Positions 25,601-39,452 of a stretch of 64,000 nt of DNA are shown here, one piece after another. Both the position numbers and the translations under genes were made by a program. Origin of the DNA: Raillietiella orientalis. Its lineage: Eukaryota. Where the stretch lies: the NCBI GenBank assembly GCA_036172245.1, contig JAYWIR010000021.1:2604001-2668000 (forward strand), given 5' to 3'. The notes beneath the pieces were generated by a model, which worked only from the letters and a program-made list of their open reading frames with translations, was not told the origin of the DNA and searched no databases. Each line of letters starts with the position of its first letter. Position 1 is the first letter of the stretch.

Positions 25601-26449
25601 AACGGAGAGAAGGCCACGGAAAGAAGGGGGAGGAGGGCGGCGTAGGACGTTTCCTTAGCTTCCAGACTTGCCGTCCTCAGGACGAGCCGGTCGCCAAGGC
25701 GACCAGTCGTGCGAGCAGGTGGTGTGGAGAGAGTCCCCTCTACGTGGAATCAGAGCGTTGCGCGTGAGACTGGGGAGAGTCGGTTGCCTTCCTGACGGCT
25801 GCCCTGGGGGTGAGATGGTGACGGTTTGGGAATGGTAGAAATGGAAAGAAAAAGGGTGAAGGAGATTTCCTTGCTGGTTCGTGGGAGGGGGGGAAGGGGA
25901 TTGCACCCCCAGGTTCCGCAGGTAATGGTGGAATAGAAAGGAACGCTGCCCTCCTGGAGGGCACCACCGGAAGGGGGTAAGCCCAAACGGAGAGGACCCC
26001 AACGTCCGTCGGCGGGACGCGACCGACGGACATTGGAATGGCCTCCGCTTCTGGTTCTTCTTCGATGTTCCCTCTGGCGCTCCCGAGAAGAGGAGAGCGC
26101 AGTTCCATAGTAGAGCCTTGCTCTGTAGATGTGACCTCTCCTAACTGCTGTCACCCTAGAGACCGTCGTTCCCCAGTCGCTCCGAGTCCCCGAGTCCCTA
26201 AGAAGGCGATGGGAGCTGTTCCTATTCCTCTTCTCCCCTCCTCCACCTTCCCGCCGGCGCCTTCACCCAACCATGGAGTCCATGCACGAGATGGGGTTCT
26301 CTCGCTGCTCGGAAGAGGAAGAGGGGACGCTGGAGGTGGAGGAGAGGAGGGAACAAGTCGGTTGCGAGGACCTTCCGAGTTGTGAGGAAAGGGGCTGGCG
26401 CTCCTCTTATCCCTTCCTCACCCTTTTCGTGATCCCCTTCTCGTAAGAG

Positions 26450-26720
26450 GTCACTCACAGGGATAAGGGATACCTAGGACCGGTTCCCGAGGGCATCTCA
26501 GGAAAGGATGATGCTCAGGAGTGGTTGCCAGCTTGTGCCTGATTTCAGCGGCACGGTGTCAGGTTTTCGTCAGAGGGTATGCGCACCCCCAGGTACGGAT
26601 CAGCGGCTGGGAAAGGGTGAGGGTCTGAGTTCAGGAAGTTGCTCTGGTGACCCCAGAAGCCTTCCCCCAGAAGTGGCTCGACTCTGGGATTTGCTCTCCT
26701 CTCGCAGGCTCTCTCTGGAG
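26450..26720 (-). mobile_element. LINE RT C-terminal fragment
   Basis: YLGVRI motif followed by EIRHKL (IxxKL). Confidence 0.45.
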
Positions 26721-26728
26721 GATTTTCT

Positions 26729-28200
26729 CTTGGTCACGCCAAGGCGCATATTTTAAAAATGAAAATGCTTATATGGTGGGACATGACGCTCGCCTTGGGG
26801 ATCGAATGATCCTTCAGGGGCGCGTCGGCGAGGCCCGTAAACGCAACGGAGGGGAACAGGGGAAGAAGAAAAGAAACGAAAGGAAAACACACACACGCGC
26901 GCAAAATGGCGAAGAACGATTATCGCTGCGTCCCCTCGGCTTCGTTGCTAGCAGCGACGACGGCACGCGAGAAGCAGAGCGCTGCAATTGCGGCAGCAGG
27001 CGGCGCAATCGAAGCGCCCAAAGAGGGTCTTCCCAGCGGACGCCGGGGTTGTCCAGAGGGGACGGGAGGGGCCGTGGAAACGTCCGGAGGGCAACGCGAT
27101 GCTAATCAGCAGGTGCGAAAAAGGTTCTACTTCCCTGGGCACAGTTCAGCGCGCGACACTTTCCCCGGTGCTGTGGTGCGGTCGTGCGCCTCCCGGGAGC
27201 GCCATTGCAGAACCAGCAGAGCCTGCTGCTGCCACCCGAGGGGGAGAAACGAGCTGCCCACCATCGGCGGAGAACCTCTAGCTCCTCAGGTGGAGTCTCG
27301 AGGAGTCTTCGGGGAAATGAAGAAGTCCTTTCGGGGGGTCGTTGGTGCTGCTGCGTAGGGAGGTTGACGAGCTGCTCAGCCATTAAGAGATTTCTGTGAC
27401 CAGAGATTTCGAAGCAGATCTTCCGCCATGCCGGCAGGCAGGTGCCACGACGTCGCTGCGGCGAGGAGGGTGGCTGTAGAACTCGCCCACCGCCCACCGC
27501 CGTCACTGTTCTTCCGGCATTTCTGAGGAGTTGCAGGCAGCTGTCTCCTTCAGACGCAGCCTGGGTGACCTCGGCCCACGTTCTCATTCTCCTGCCTCCA
27601 GGCGCCATTGTTCGTGTGGAGGTGGGAGATCCACGGGAGGTTTTCTGGATTGGGAAGCGGCTACAGCTTCGGTGACTGAGAGAAAACAGGGTTGCCAGTC
27701 CATCTCAGGGGAGGGATTGCCCGAGGAGTAGGCATGCTGAGGCGCGCCAGTAGGTGGAACATCAAGGGCAGTCACTTAAACTGGAATTGTCGCTCCATCC
27801 GTCCCTGCATCGGGAGGTCCTCCGCCCCTATTCAGAGCCCCCCAAGTCCTTCAGCTGGATCCGGGACCTCCCTGCGTCCCGAAGGGTTTGCCACAGGACG
27901 TCCCTCAGTCCGCTCCTTAACTGATCCGGGGGGAGGGGGCAACAAACAGCGGGGGGCGGAGGAAGGAAGCCAAGGACGAATCCCACACCGTGGATCAGGG
28001 ATGAGCAGAGAGACTACTCTGACTTCCGGAGACGGCTGGACCGGGATTCTGCTAGGCGGAAGTGTCCCCGACGGGATGCCTGAGGAAATGGAGGCACCTG
28101 TCCGTAGCAATCGCAACGTGGATCCTGTCCGGCTGCCCAGCCCACGCCTCACCAACGGAATCACGTGCGACTTCTCCCTGTTTACGCACATTCCAGCTGC
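26729..28200 (-). mobile_element. Tx1-like LINE 3' part (likely source of the 1,056-bp duplication)
   Basis: PPPDQLRSGLRDVLWQ..RIQLKDL, RMRTWAEVT, FLPLGWQQQALLVLQW, EPFSHLLIS, AAAIAALCF; ends in hairpin CTTGG-CGTGA-CCAAG. Confidence 0.75.
26732..27787. repeat. 1,056-bp direct repeat, copy 1
   Basis: Same sequence at 41414-42469 (offset 14,682); the enclosed ORF-track translations are identical. Confidence 0.97.
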
Positions 28201-28499
28201 CCGGCGAACGGGACGGACGTCGTTTTTCGCTCCTTGCGAACTGCTGCCAGTGGCCGTCGTCGGTTCATCCCATTTGTGCGATGTGTGGTTTCGGTGTTCA
28301 GCGGTGTTGTTGCCTCGGCGGAAGTGCCAACAGTCGTCACCGCTAACAAGGGAAAGGGTAACATGAAAATCTCGTCACTCCCCCCTCCCATTTATAGAGA
28401 CAGAAACTGCAACCTCCAAGGGAATCGTCTTTAGGAAAGGAAGATGCATTGAACCCAAGTCTGCCTGCCACGTCGCAGAGCAGGTGGGAACGTGGCCCA

Positions 28500-29300
28500 A
28501 GGGGGATCGACCAGCCCTACTCTAGAAGGTACGTCATGTCGGACTTGCTTTGATTGCTCGCTTCTTCTCAGAACTGCGCAGCCAGAGCGTCGACAAGGGG
28601 GAGGTGTGAGGCCCCTCAATGGGCTCCAGTGGGTGGGTGGGAGCTGGTCGTAGAGCTCAGACGCGAGGAAGCAGGGCTCTCTCAACGACGCCTGCACACC
28701 CCGATCAGCATCAAGGTCGGCCAGGAGACTCCAGTCAGTTCACGAAAGACCAATTGTTTCCAGAATCAGGGGAGAGTCGCACTTCCCTCCCTCCATATAG
28801 AGGACTCAGCACGACGTCTGAGGGAACACCCCTACGCCTCTAGGCAAGCGGATTCCTACACTGAGAACCGTGCTGCCCCGGTCGACCTCGTGGAGGCGAC
28901 ATCCACGTTGGCAGTACCCATGGCCATCCCTCTTTCCAGCACACCTCATGCTCTGCATCCTTCTTTACGGGATATTCCTTCCACCTTCGGCAACCCCCGG
29001 CTCGCTTGACCACGGGGCTGCTTGCGGCAACGGCTGGGAATGCACCTCATTCGAAAGATGCCTCCAAGAGACCAGGGCAAATTAGGCAGGAAAAGAGGCC
29101 CCTGAGCATGGAGACGATCTTCCAGCATCACACTCTGGGAGGATAGCAAGTGCAGGCAGCTTCATCGAAGTTCGTCTCCTCTTCGCGGCATGAAGGGGCG
29201 GTGACCTCCCGCCCTTCATGCAGCGGGTGAAGTGCGAAAGGTGCGAAGAGCAAGAGTGGATTCTCCTATTTCTCCTCGATATCTTCCGTTGTTTTTGGGA
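28500..29300 (+). mobile_element. Probable Tx1-type ORF1 relic
   Basis: AVPMAIPLSSTPHAL (VPxxIPxxxIxxAL) and knuckle remnant VKCERC. Confidence 0.35.
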
Positions 29301-29479
29301 TCTAAGGGAGAGTAGGCAGGATAGGCCCGGTCACGTGGAAAAGATTTACCCATCTCTTCTGAGCTGCCCTTCCGCTCCTCCTGACGGACGAGACCGGCGC
29401 CAAAGAGGCTCAGTCAAGTCGAACAGATGAAAGCCGAGACCGCCCAGGCGGGATGAACTGTGGGAGTCTTTCGTTGTCA

Positions 29480-30560
29480 TCATCGTCATCTCCACCATCC
29501 TCCGAAGGGATCCTCGTGGAGCCCTAAAGCGCACGGGCAATGTCTTTTTCTCGTCTCCTGAGTTCTCGGCGCGCAGCTCTTGGGGCGCGCGAGCCATCTC
29601 GGGGCAGGCGACGGAACCAAACGACAACGGCAGTGCAAAGAGGCAGCGCGCCCTCGGCTGGAGTGATGTCTGTCGCGCTTTCCTGGATTTCCTGTTTCCT
29701 TTCCCATCCCTCCCTCCGAGTTCTCAAGTCCCTTCATGTCAACCAGAGCTGGTTGCGTTAGTTGGTCACCCCCCCCTCCCCCGTGGTACCGAAGGTGGAT
29801 GGATGGGAGCTCCCGCCCCTAGAAAGGGATTCTCCATTGGCATCTTTCATGCCCGAGTACCTTGACATGCCGGTGAGCACGGAAATGTGGTTCCTTGGAT
29901 TCCGGATCGTGGTGTGCTGGACTTGGAAGATTTCCGTACTTCTCGAGAGTCCAGGAGCTATGGGTGAGCCCTGAGGAAGATAGGAAGATCCGATTGAAGA
30001 ATCGAGGGAGGTGCGGCTTCCTTTTCCTCCAATTCCTCAAGCAAGGAATTCTATGGAAACCACAGTCATCCTAACGCTCCTTCCAGCTTGTCGATTTCCC
30101 CGTTCCTTCTTTTACCCTTGTCTCCTAGATCTTCTCATACTTTTCTTTGCTCCTCCTACCGAGGTGCTCTGCTACCTTTGGTGCCAGGAATCGAGTCCAC
30201 GGAGCAGGGAGCGTCTCCTGGCAACCGGCGGGATTCGACGCGCGGAAAACTCTGAGCTGCGGCATCCTTCGGATGCTCCGCCGAGATCGCAAGCAGAAAA
30301 TGCCTACGACTCCAAGGATTAATCAGCGGAGATCCAAGATTGGGACTCAGTTAGAAAAGGAAGCGTAACCAGGGATACCGTCGGATCTTCCTGATAAATC
30401 ACCTGTCGGTCCTAGCCTGGCCTATTGTGTCGGCTGTCTCTATGATGGATGACCTCCCTCGTATTGATGAGCTGGGAAGCGCATGCACCCCGGGAAGGAA
30501 ATTAGACTACATGGCGAGGCATCCATAACACATGCAGAGAGGTCCGTGGATGATCTCGCT
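29480..30560 (-). mobile_element. LINE APE endonuclease C-terminus and linker relic
   Basis: RRRSLLRGL..VGG, RFFNRIFLS (SRIDRIF), QWRIP (WKLN), GWERKQEI (WWExxKxxI), in order. Confidence 0.5.
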
Positions 30561-30979
30561 CATCCTGAACGCTTGTCCTCTTGTTGTGGGGAACCTGGTG
30601 GGTGTCCTTGAGAGGTCAGATGATGAGGGACGCACGCTGGCAATGGGGATATTCCCACCACGAGCCCAAGACAAAGGACGACCACGTTGCGGGTAACCAT
30701 GGCAACCGGCCCGAATCGAAACAGCTAGCTACCCGTCGGAAGCTGGCAAAAACTCGCCGAAAGCCCTCACGACCCGAAGAGCTTCGGGCGAGGCGCAGCA
30801 CGTAATTGGCACGCAACAATGGGTAGGGGAAGCATGGGGGCACCGCGGTGGAAGAGGCCATCGAGAAAACCAACTACGTTGGGTAAAACGAAACCAGGGA
30901 GAAAAACACACACACACACATACGCACGCACAAAAGAAAAAAAAAGGAAAAAGAAAAACAGGTGCATCTTTTCAACTGA

Positions 30980-31600
30980 ACCGGAAGCGGAAACTTGCAA
31001 GCATCCGGACCTCCCGGTGCCTTCGGACGCAGGAACTGCGTGGGAGCATTCGCAGCTCCCGAACGCAGGTTCTTTGCGAGCTGCTGCTGGTGGTTGTTCC
31101 GGACGTAGGTTGGGGGAGCTTCGAGAAAAAAGCCCCGAGGGAATTCCGTTTTGCATACTTGCATCTGTGCTGCGCTGTCAATAAATCCAAGGGACACCGT
31201 GAAGCTTCGAAGAAATGAAAATCAAAGGCATCTCAGCGGACTGTGCTTCTTCTTCTTCGTCTTGCCGTTTCGCTCAGCTTTCATTAATTCGATGATTTTT
31301 GCAACGGGATGTTTCCCGCATGCTCGGAAAAGGCCCAACCGTTGCTGCACCTCGCTCGTTTCCCACCGTCAAAATGCTTGTCAGGAAAAAAAATGAATGA
31401 CGTGAACATTTGTTTTTTTTTTTTTTGTTTTTTTTTTCCCGCCAGAATTCGACCCGGAGTCGCCGCGCTAATCAACGAACCAACGAGGACGGGAACTGCG
31501 AACGAAAAGCGTTCTTCCTCCTCATCATGTGAACTTTTCCTCGCCATCCCTGCCTCTAACGGTTTTCCACAATATTCCCGTAAGCTGTCTGTTTTGGAAT
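30980..31600 (-). mobile_element. Possible DDE_Tnp_4 transposase relic
   Basis: LISAATPGRI, FLEAPPTY..Q, VRRHREVRML in the expected order, interrupted by A/T runs. Confidence 0.35.
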
Positions 31601-31953
31601 TGCAAAAATAAAAAGGAAAAGCAAAATCGGGATGGCGAGCCGCCCGAGCAAATCATTCCTATTCACGCCTCGCATTTTTCCTGAAAAGATTTGCACTCTA
31701 CTCTTGTAGAACTTTCCCCTGATCGCAAGTGCTGCCTATTTCCAATGAGCTCATCTTCCGTGGGTCCCGGTGGACTTGGCATGAAAAATGGCATGCGCTC
31801 CTCCTACAAAGACATCGCAAGCAAACTGCGGTGGAATTCCATCTGAACGCTTGAAGGCACAGAAAGCGCTGTGTGCGGGAGCTTTTCGTTTCCAGAAAGG
31901 AAAGGCCTTAATATTTGAAAATGTATTTACACAGGTGACCTGGATGCTGCCGC

Positions 31954-31977
31954 AGAGAGAGAGAGAGAGAGAGAGAG
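31954..31977. repeat. (AG)n microsatellite
   Basis: Read directly. Confidence 0.95.
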
Positions 31978-32999
31978 GCTGCGAGGTCGGAAGGAACTTC
32001 TCCTGGACAAGGAAAAGCGTACGTGGAGCGTACAACGAACGGAACTACAAAATCCTTTGAAACCGCGCGTCTTACAAAGGGGACGAGGAAACACAAAGTG
32101 TTGTCTTACGAGGGAAGTGTCACGGGGGGGCGAACACAGAGCGACTTGGAAACCGGCCCGGTTCGAGTCCGTACTTGTGACGTCAGCGTGTGCGCCCAGC
32201 ATGGCGCCCAGCAATCCAAACACACGGGGAGAGGGCGAGTCCCGACTGCAGCGAAAGGTGGCGGGAATCGAGGGGGCCGGTCACCCCGTACGACCCAAAT
32301 TAACCGGCAACCGCGGGGAATCTTCAACCCGAGCCCTTCAATCGGCTGAGCAGGTGTGGGCCCGAGGATTCGGAAAAGGTTCCGACAGCCAAGTTGCATC
32401 GGACCGGATCAGACGCACTTCGGGACCGTCCAAACGCAAATCGATCATCGTTTCAAACAGATACAAAGACCCTTAATTTTCGGAAATTTGAGCGCATCTT
32501 TCGATTTTCCGAACATTGTCAAAGCTACATATCTTTTTCTTGCAAAAAAAAAAAAAAATTTGATAGATGGGAATAACCTCAGAGCCTGACATTAAGAGGA
32601 TTACTCCCTAGTCAAGTAAACGGATTGCAGCCGCGTGCTTACGCAGAATTGGATTCCAAATTGCTGTTGTCTCCAGACACAGTGGTCGTTCAGGAGAGAT
32701 GTCGACGACCACTTTACCGAAGGATAAAGCATTCTTCGTCGGTGGCTCATGGGAGATTTCCTCGCTAAACGCTGCGCGTATCTGTTGAGTGGGTGGAGTG
32801 GCCTTCCAGAGAGCCCCAGAAAGTCACAGAAAGATGATATTACTACACCGTTGTCACCTTAAGAGATTACAGAGTTGTGCGCCACTTTGTCTGGCGGAAG
32901 TGTGGACGTGTCCACCCCTACGTCAGCGCACGGCTCGTCGTGGTCGTAGGAGAGGGGGGTCGCGGTTGATATGAACACGATGTTGGTGGCAGAGGGCTG

Positions 33000-33900
33000 C
33001 TGTTTGGATGGGACACCACCTAAGCGTTTCTTTCCCCCCTGCTGCACTCTGCTCTTCGGGCAGATCTCGTGAATTGCGCTCTCGGCGGTGATCGGAGATG
33101 AGCACAGACCAGGCGGCCCTTCCGGATGCGTGATGGATTCCCTGAGCGCCGGGCGTCTGGGAGCTGCGGCACCGCCTCACCAAAGGCAGAGAGAGCGCCT
33201 CCCTTTCCCTCGTCCGAGACGCTTGAGAAGAAGCAGGTGGCGGTGGAAGGTGGTGGCGTCGTCACGGAAGGCTACCCACCTTATGGTCCACGAGCTCGAG
33301 ACTGCTCAGCCGATCGTTACGAAGAGCCGCTGAAGGGCGATCCGGGCAGGTCACTGCAGAGACAGCAGCGACCATGCGTTGACACCAGGGGCGAAGCGAA
33401 AGGCCATCGTCTGGGAAGATGGGTTGCGGGCCGGATGAGCGGCCTCCATCCGTTCGAGCGAGACAACCGCGTGATCGGGTGCGGTAGCTGATCTGGCCGA
33501 GTCGACGGTGGGCCGGGGGGCTTTGGTGTGAGGCAGCCTCCCCATTGGGAGGGAAGAACGCCTCTGGCGCTCTGGCGAGGAAGCGATCTCGATAAACCCT
33601 GGTGGACTCTCCACGCATGTGGGATGGATGGAGAAGATGGTCACGGACCGCCGGGCCAGTTCAAAACGCGGTCCCTTCGCTGTGGTGGAGGTGTGCTCTC
33701 TCGTCCTCTCGTTCGTGAATACACTCGGGATGACCGTCGTGGTCGTCACCGGATCCAGCCTCCCGGAAGACCGGTTCGTCGGCTCCGGAAGGGGGAGGGC
33801 GTTCCCCAGAGGCAAGGTCCAAGTCTCATGGGGACTAGGCGGGTATCAACCTCATCTCCCCTTCTCCTTTCTTCTCCCAGCGCCGTCTCCGCTTGGGATG
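33000..33900 (-). mobile_element. Tx1/L1-clade RT core relic
   Basis: ELARRSVTIFSIHP..PGF, TVDSARS..DH (LDxEKAFDxVDH), PGVNAWSLLS (GVRQGCPLS), VAFRDDAT (AYADDVT), in order. Confidence 0.6.
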
Positions 33901-34149
33901 TCGTCGAAAAAGGGTCGACAGAGCGCGCGAAGTAGCGACCGTCGGGGAAGCTCCCGCGGTTTGATCCCCAGAAATGACAGGGTTCGGGGAATCCAAAAGC
34001 AGGGAGGCGGATCTCCTGGTGCGTCGCAAGCGCCTGACCACCCTAGAGGAGCTCCTCTCAGGAAAGGGTTCTCGTGGCAGACCAACCACTTTGGTGCTTC
34101 TATTTCCCTTCTCGGATAAGAGCAGCCTCTGACACTAGAACCACCTCCA

Positions 34150-34870
34150 GCAAATGTCTGCATCGAGCAAGTGTGGTGCTCACGGCGAAAGACTGCGAGC
34201 TGCCTGGCCCTGGGATCTCCGTCGCAGCCCTTCCGGCCCATCATCTGCTTCCCAATTTATTCTGGACGGATGCTCCATGGTTCCAGAAGAGACCGGTTTT
34301 GGGTGAGGGGAGGGGGGAGGGAAAGGCTCTCAAAAGGGGATGCACTTCTTCCTGAGCTTGCGTTTGAGGGCGGGAGGTCAAACTTCAAGGGAAAGGGGAA
34401 GAGGAAGATTCTCAATCCGTTGCCGCGACAACCAGGAGGTTCGCAGTTCTCCTTTCTTCTCGCCCTTCTTCCCTGTCCTCCCATCCGCCAGGAACCGATG
34501 GTCGATCCCCCTCAAGTGAACGGGGAGATCCCACAGAAACCCGTAAGTGAGAACGAGGAAAGGCTGGAGGTGTCGAGCGAGGCCCGGAGCTCCGGGGTCG
34601 CCCAATGCCGCTGCTGCCACAACTCCTGTCCTCTCGTAAGGAGCCGTGAAGCCGCGAATGTTGCTTCCGCGATAGAGCCTGATCGCGGAGAGGTCGGCTC
34701 CCCGAGTTCTGCTCTGGGGAGGCGTATGGCATGGTGGAGGGGCGGAAAGGGGGAAAGAGAAAATTTCCTTCTTTCTCACTTCCTCCTGAAAGCGCCTACG
34801 CACAGGAGAGGATCCCTGCCTCCCTTCGGGGTCCCTCGCTTCCTGAGGGACACACTGCAGCAGTGAGTCA
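34150..34870 (+). mobile_element. LINE APE C-terminal relic
   Basis: GSRRDRFWV (SRIDRF) and GKGKRKILN (GxGxWKLN) in one open frame. Confidence 0.55.
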
Positions 34871-34989
34871 CCCCGATTTCTTGGAGGTGATGAGTATAGT
34901 GGGGAGTTCTGACCTTCGAAGGCGACCTAGCCTCATGCTGCTACTCGGTCCATTATTTACCAGGCCCAGGGACACTAAGGAAAAGCACG

Positions 34990-35500
34990 CAGGTTTCCAC
35001 GGTTACCACTGCAGACCGCGCGCAGCGGGGTACCAGAAGTAGAGATGGCTGCAGCGGAAATCTCGGCGCCTTGCGACGTCATCATCCGTCCGCCAGGGGT
35101 GAGTGGGTGGTGAACGCCACCCGCGATGCTGCCAGGGCCGGCGAGACGAAGATCGACGCAGAGAGCGAGCGTCTTGGCAGTGCTGCCTCCCTTCCGCCGC
35201 CGTCTCAGCGCGCGCCTCTTCATGGCGACGAAGGTTCCTCGGAGTGCGAACAGAGGGCGGCAGCCACCTCGCGGGCCACTCGCGCCCACGTGCGCACGCC
35301 CAGGACGAAAGGCCGCCGCGTCTCTGTGACGAACACGTCATCGCTTCCGCCGCTGCCGTCGTCGCTGGTACATTCGGGTCGGCGCAGACACCTGCACCCG
35401 TGGGCCCGGTATAAGAGAAACGCGTACGAGCACGAGCTTGCGTCTCTCTGGGGAAGGGGCAGCAAGCGGGAAGGAAAGTGGAAGGGGCTCGTCACGGTGC
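34990..35500 (-). mobile_element. Tx1-like ORF2 3' fragment
   Basis: RLLPLPQRDA and VAAALCSH align with LLPLKSQQSA and IAALCC of the other copies. Confidence 0.4.
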
Positions 35501-36529
35501 AAGCGCTTTAGCCCCACCCCTTTTCCTCCTCTCTTCCCCCGACCCTTTTTCGGAACGATGGCTTTCCTAATGCGCTCTATTTTTATCTGCAGACGAAATG
35601 GAGACACTGCGATCCTCTAAATCATAAGCTTTCGCGTTTCCCTGGCAATCAGAGTCCGTAGATCTCAAAGTGCGTTTCCATTCCGACTCCTGGAACTTCG
35701 ATGTTCCTGTTTCTTCTTCTGGTTTCGCTTTTTCCTCCTCACCAATTGCGGTTGTCTGGAGATCCCCGGGAAAGAGAAAAAAGGGGTTCCAGGCCTCGTG
35801 CTCCCAACTATCGCAGAAGCCCGTTTCCAAAGTGATTCACTCCGCACACTGGTGTCGGTTCCCCTTGACGAAAGCCCTCTGGCGCTGGCCGCGGAGACCC
35901 CAGGGCTGGACCGCAGAAAAGCCTCAGGGAGCGAGCGACCCACCACGTTCGAGGCAGCCCTCCTGCATCCAAGAAAGAGAACCGACCGACGGCGGAACGC
36001 GCGGCAGAGCGGAAAACCCTCAGCGACGCACTCGCGGCTGGCACCTCACGGTGGCTGCTCGAAGACCGGAGAGAAAGAAACCTGGTGGGCGGCGCCCCAC
36101 CTTCCACAAGGATTGCTGCTCGCCGACTGCTTTCGAGTTGCGTGTGACAAGCGGTGCCGGAGTCTCGGAGGCGGCGGAGGAGGAAAGGGAGACGACCTTC
36201 GCAGGCGCCTTTCCCTGACCGCGACTCGGCGGAGCGTTCCGACGAGACGCAAGAGCGGACCCTGGCTATCCGCCGTTCCTTCTGCCGCCCCTTCCACCCG
36301 GCTTTTCTCCCGTGTGCTTTCCATTTCTCTTTCTCCCCCTCCCCCCCTCTCCTATTCAGCTCCCGGAGAAGGACCTCACGCGTCTGGCAAGGGACCGAGA
36401 GAGAACCAGTCTGCGACAGCTGGGTCCCTTGAAAGCGAATCCTGCGGGGTCATCCAGCGGTATCCTTGCGGAAGAAAGTGCTGGTCTCCCCGGAAGGGAT
36501 CTCCCACACACAGTCTCACCGAAAAGGTA

Positions 36530-36680
36530 GAACAAAGAGTAGCTGCTATCGCCGTAGTAGTTTTCTGTAGCTATAGTAAGAGGAGGAGTCGTAGTGGTAG
36601 GCATAGTAATACTCGCAGTATTAGTAAGACTAGTTAGTAGAGAGAGTGACTAGAAGAAGGAGAAGACTAGGAGAAGAGTT
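36530..36680. repeat. Degenerate (AGT)n-like low-complexity tract
   Basis: Recurrent AGT/TAG/AGA triplets. Confidence 0.7.
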
Positions 36681-38848
36681 ACTAATTTTTGTTTACTCCT
36701 CCTTCGCGACATCAGACCCCTTCGGCCTGCGCTCTTCCTCGGGCGGCGCGCTTAAGCCGCCCAAGGAAGAGCAAGGGCTTGCCATCGGAAACAAAGCTGT
36801 CGGAAGGCGCGATCCATTCCGAGCCCACCCGGTCGGACGATCCAGCGGAGTCCAGGATTTGGGAGGGCAGTCGCGTCTCAGGGGCTCTGGGGCGGGATTG
36901 AAGCGGCGGCGCTGACAAACTTCCTCCTCCTTAGCTGCCTAGAACTGGGAGGGGCCCACGGGATTCCGCACTTTCGAAAGGCCCCTCCTCGGGTCCCATC
37001 CAAGTCGAAATGTCGGGCTCTCGACCGGAAGCGGTGCCGAGGGACGGTGTCGATCCCGGTCACCTCTTCGGCGTGCTCGGTGAAGAATCGCAACTCGTAA
37101 GCGGGAGCGGATGTCTGGTGCCTGAGCGACGCAGTTCCCACCAGGACACGACATGATGGGAGGCCTGGAAGGAGGCGTATTATCGGGGGAGGTCGGTAGG
37201 AAACGTCGGTGCCTACGGAAGAAAAAGCAAGGGTTCGGAGAGCACTTGCAAGAGAAGGCAGCTGGGAACTCAAGAACAGATACTTTAATTGGAGAGAGAG
37301 GGAAAGAAAGAGAGGGGGGGGAGGAAGGAAAGGAACACTCAGGAGAGTCGACGTCTACCTGAAGCAAGAAGGTCACTACACCCTGTGGGAGAGGTGGCAG
37401 TGGCTACTTAGTAGTGTGGACGCTTTGCCTGGGAGATATTGGGCATCGAAAACTCTTGGGCAGATGCTGCCGGCCAACGCAGCGATGCCCAGAGCTCATT
37501 CCAGAGGACTGCCGCGCCGAGCATATCCGGGAATTCTTCCGGCGTGTCCGAGCATCCCGGCTCTGCCATCGCCCCCAGAGTGCGCGGAGACAGCTCCGCG
37601 CGCGAACCCCAAGAAGGGTTTGCGTGAGAGATGGCAGACAGAGCAGCCGCTCTTTCTCTGACCTCTCCCTTGCTTCCGAGGAGAGGAAACAACCCCCTTC
37701 CCCCGTGCCGCTCGACATGAGAGGGGGAGAGCCGAGTCTCTGCCGCGGAGGCTGGTGGCCCTCGGTCAAGGATGGCTGCGCCTGGTGGCGGCCTTCCTGC
37801 AATCGGAGGGCTCCCTCAGGAACCTGTTTCAGCTCGTGTTTACTCGCGGCGGCCTGCCGCCTGCCTCCTCCGCGATCGCTCTTTCTCTTTTTCTCTCTTT
37901 TTTTTTGCTGCGTCCATGTCGGACGTCGTCTAGACGGAGGGAGATTACGCAGCGGAACGAGGAGCCCGAAGCAGGACAACCAATCAACCACCCCCCACCG
38001 ACCGCTTCCACGCCAAGATGGCTGGCTCCACCAGGGAAGACCGCAGGGGAACTCGTCGTCATCCAACGAGGACGAAGGGAGCGCGCGAGGATAGGCAGAC
38101 GACCCCCACTCCTCCACACTCGACTTGCGTCCGGGTCGCTTCTTGGAAGAGGGGACGCGAATCGATCCGGGCATGGGTCGATCATCACGGAGCGAGGTGA
38201 AATGCACCGAACAAAAGATGCCGTGGCACACATACGTATTTACCTAAACCTCTGTGTTGTACATACAAATGTCTAAATACCATAGTCACTAAAATGTCAC
38301 TGCCGTACAGTATTGCATTGTACTGAACTGTGCTCCTTAAACGTGCAGCGCGATGTGCCCTTCTTTCGTAATAAAACGAGAGAATACACATCAACGGCAC
38401 AATAGCAATAAAGAGTACATACGTGTACTTCATTTACATACGCGTACTGTACTCTGAGCTGGGCGCACACTGCGTGCTATTGTACGAGCGGCAGCGCAGT
38501 CGCTTCGCTCTGCCTTTCGAGCCCGCGCGCCGAACGCGTGCATTCACGTCCGCCAACGTCCCGGCGTGAACTTTGAAATTTTCCTGAAGCCCACATGGGG
38601 ACGTCGGACGTGTCTGCAGATGGGACGTCTGTCTTCTGGGCTCAAGCCAAGGATGGAGAGTGGCTCTCCATCTTCCTTTTTTTTGGAGGGGCTCCTCCTC
38701 ACCCTTGCTGAGCATCTCGCCCCTGGAGGTCCACCCTCGGGTCGGTAGACCTCCCACGGCTTCCTGGTTCTGCTGCTCTCCTACCCTGTGCCAGAATACC
38801 TCCTGGGCGTTCATTAGCTGTGAGGAAGGCCCCAGAGCGACCTTCCTA

Positions 38849-39420
38849 TCCCGAGTTGCTGGGACGTTTATTTTTCTAAAGAAGGAAAAAAAAATGACGA
38901 AAAATTTCACAGGCAAGGAGCGTCCGTCATTCGAAACCAAAGGAATCGATCGTCGGTAGAGGCAGAGCCTGGAACGGAGGGGAGGGAGAGAGGAAGGAGG
39001 GACAATAAATGAATAAATAAGTGAACAAATAGGGAATGGGATGGCGTCGCGGTGGCGAAGAGTTGACTGCCGAGAGTATGCCCCAGGCAAGGACGGGCTG
39101 CGCTCGCCGGCGTCAGGTCAGCCTGCCCACAATCGCCCGAAGGGTTGCCTCGAACACCACGCCCTAGATCGGGCCGTCTCCTATTCCTCCGCATGGAAAT
39201 GATGGCGATCGCAAACGTCCCGACGCAATGACCGGCCGCCATCTCCCTTCTCGAGAAGGGATGACGGAAATCCTTTGAGATTCCTTCCTGCTTCTCTGTT
39301 TCCCTTCCAGCTTTTTTTTTCCTTCCGGCTTTTCTTTTTTTGGTTCTCCAGGTGCTGAAGAACCTCTCGCCAGGAGGCTCGCGAAGCTCTTTGACATACC
39401 ATCCCCGCCACCCAGGGGTG
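38849..39420 (-). mobile_element. Tx1-like LINE 3' end
   Basis: Pyrimidine-rich UTR followed by AATAAACGTCCCAGCAACTCGGGA, a variant of the terminal motif. Confidence 0.5.
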
Positions 39421-39452
39421 CGTGTTGACTCTTCAATTTGTAGAGTTTATCA

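Noticed and set aside
24535..38276. Long ORF-track entries (342, 279, 275, 231 aa and others) as real genes
   Set aside because: Arg/Pro/Ser/Gly-rich overlapping frames on both strands, as expected in GC-rich decayed LINE sequence; no coherent full-length domain.
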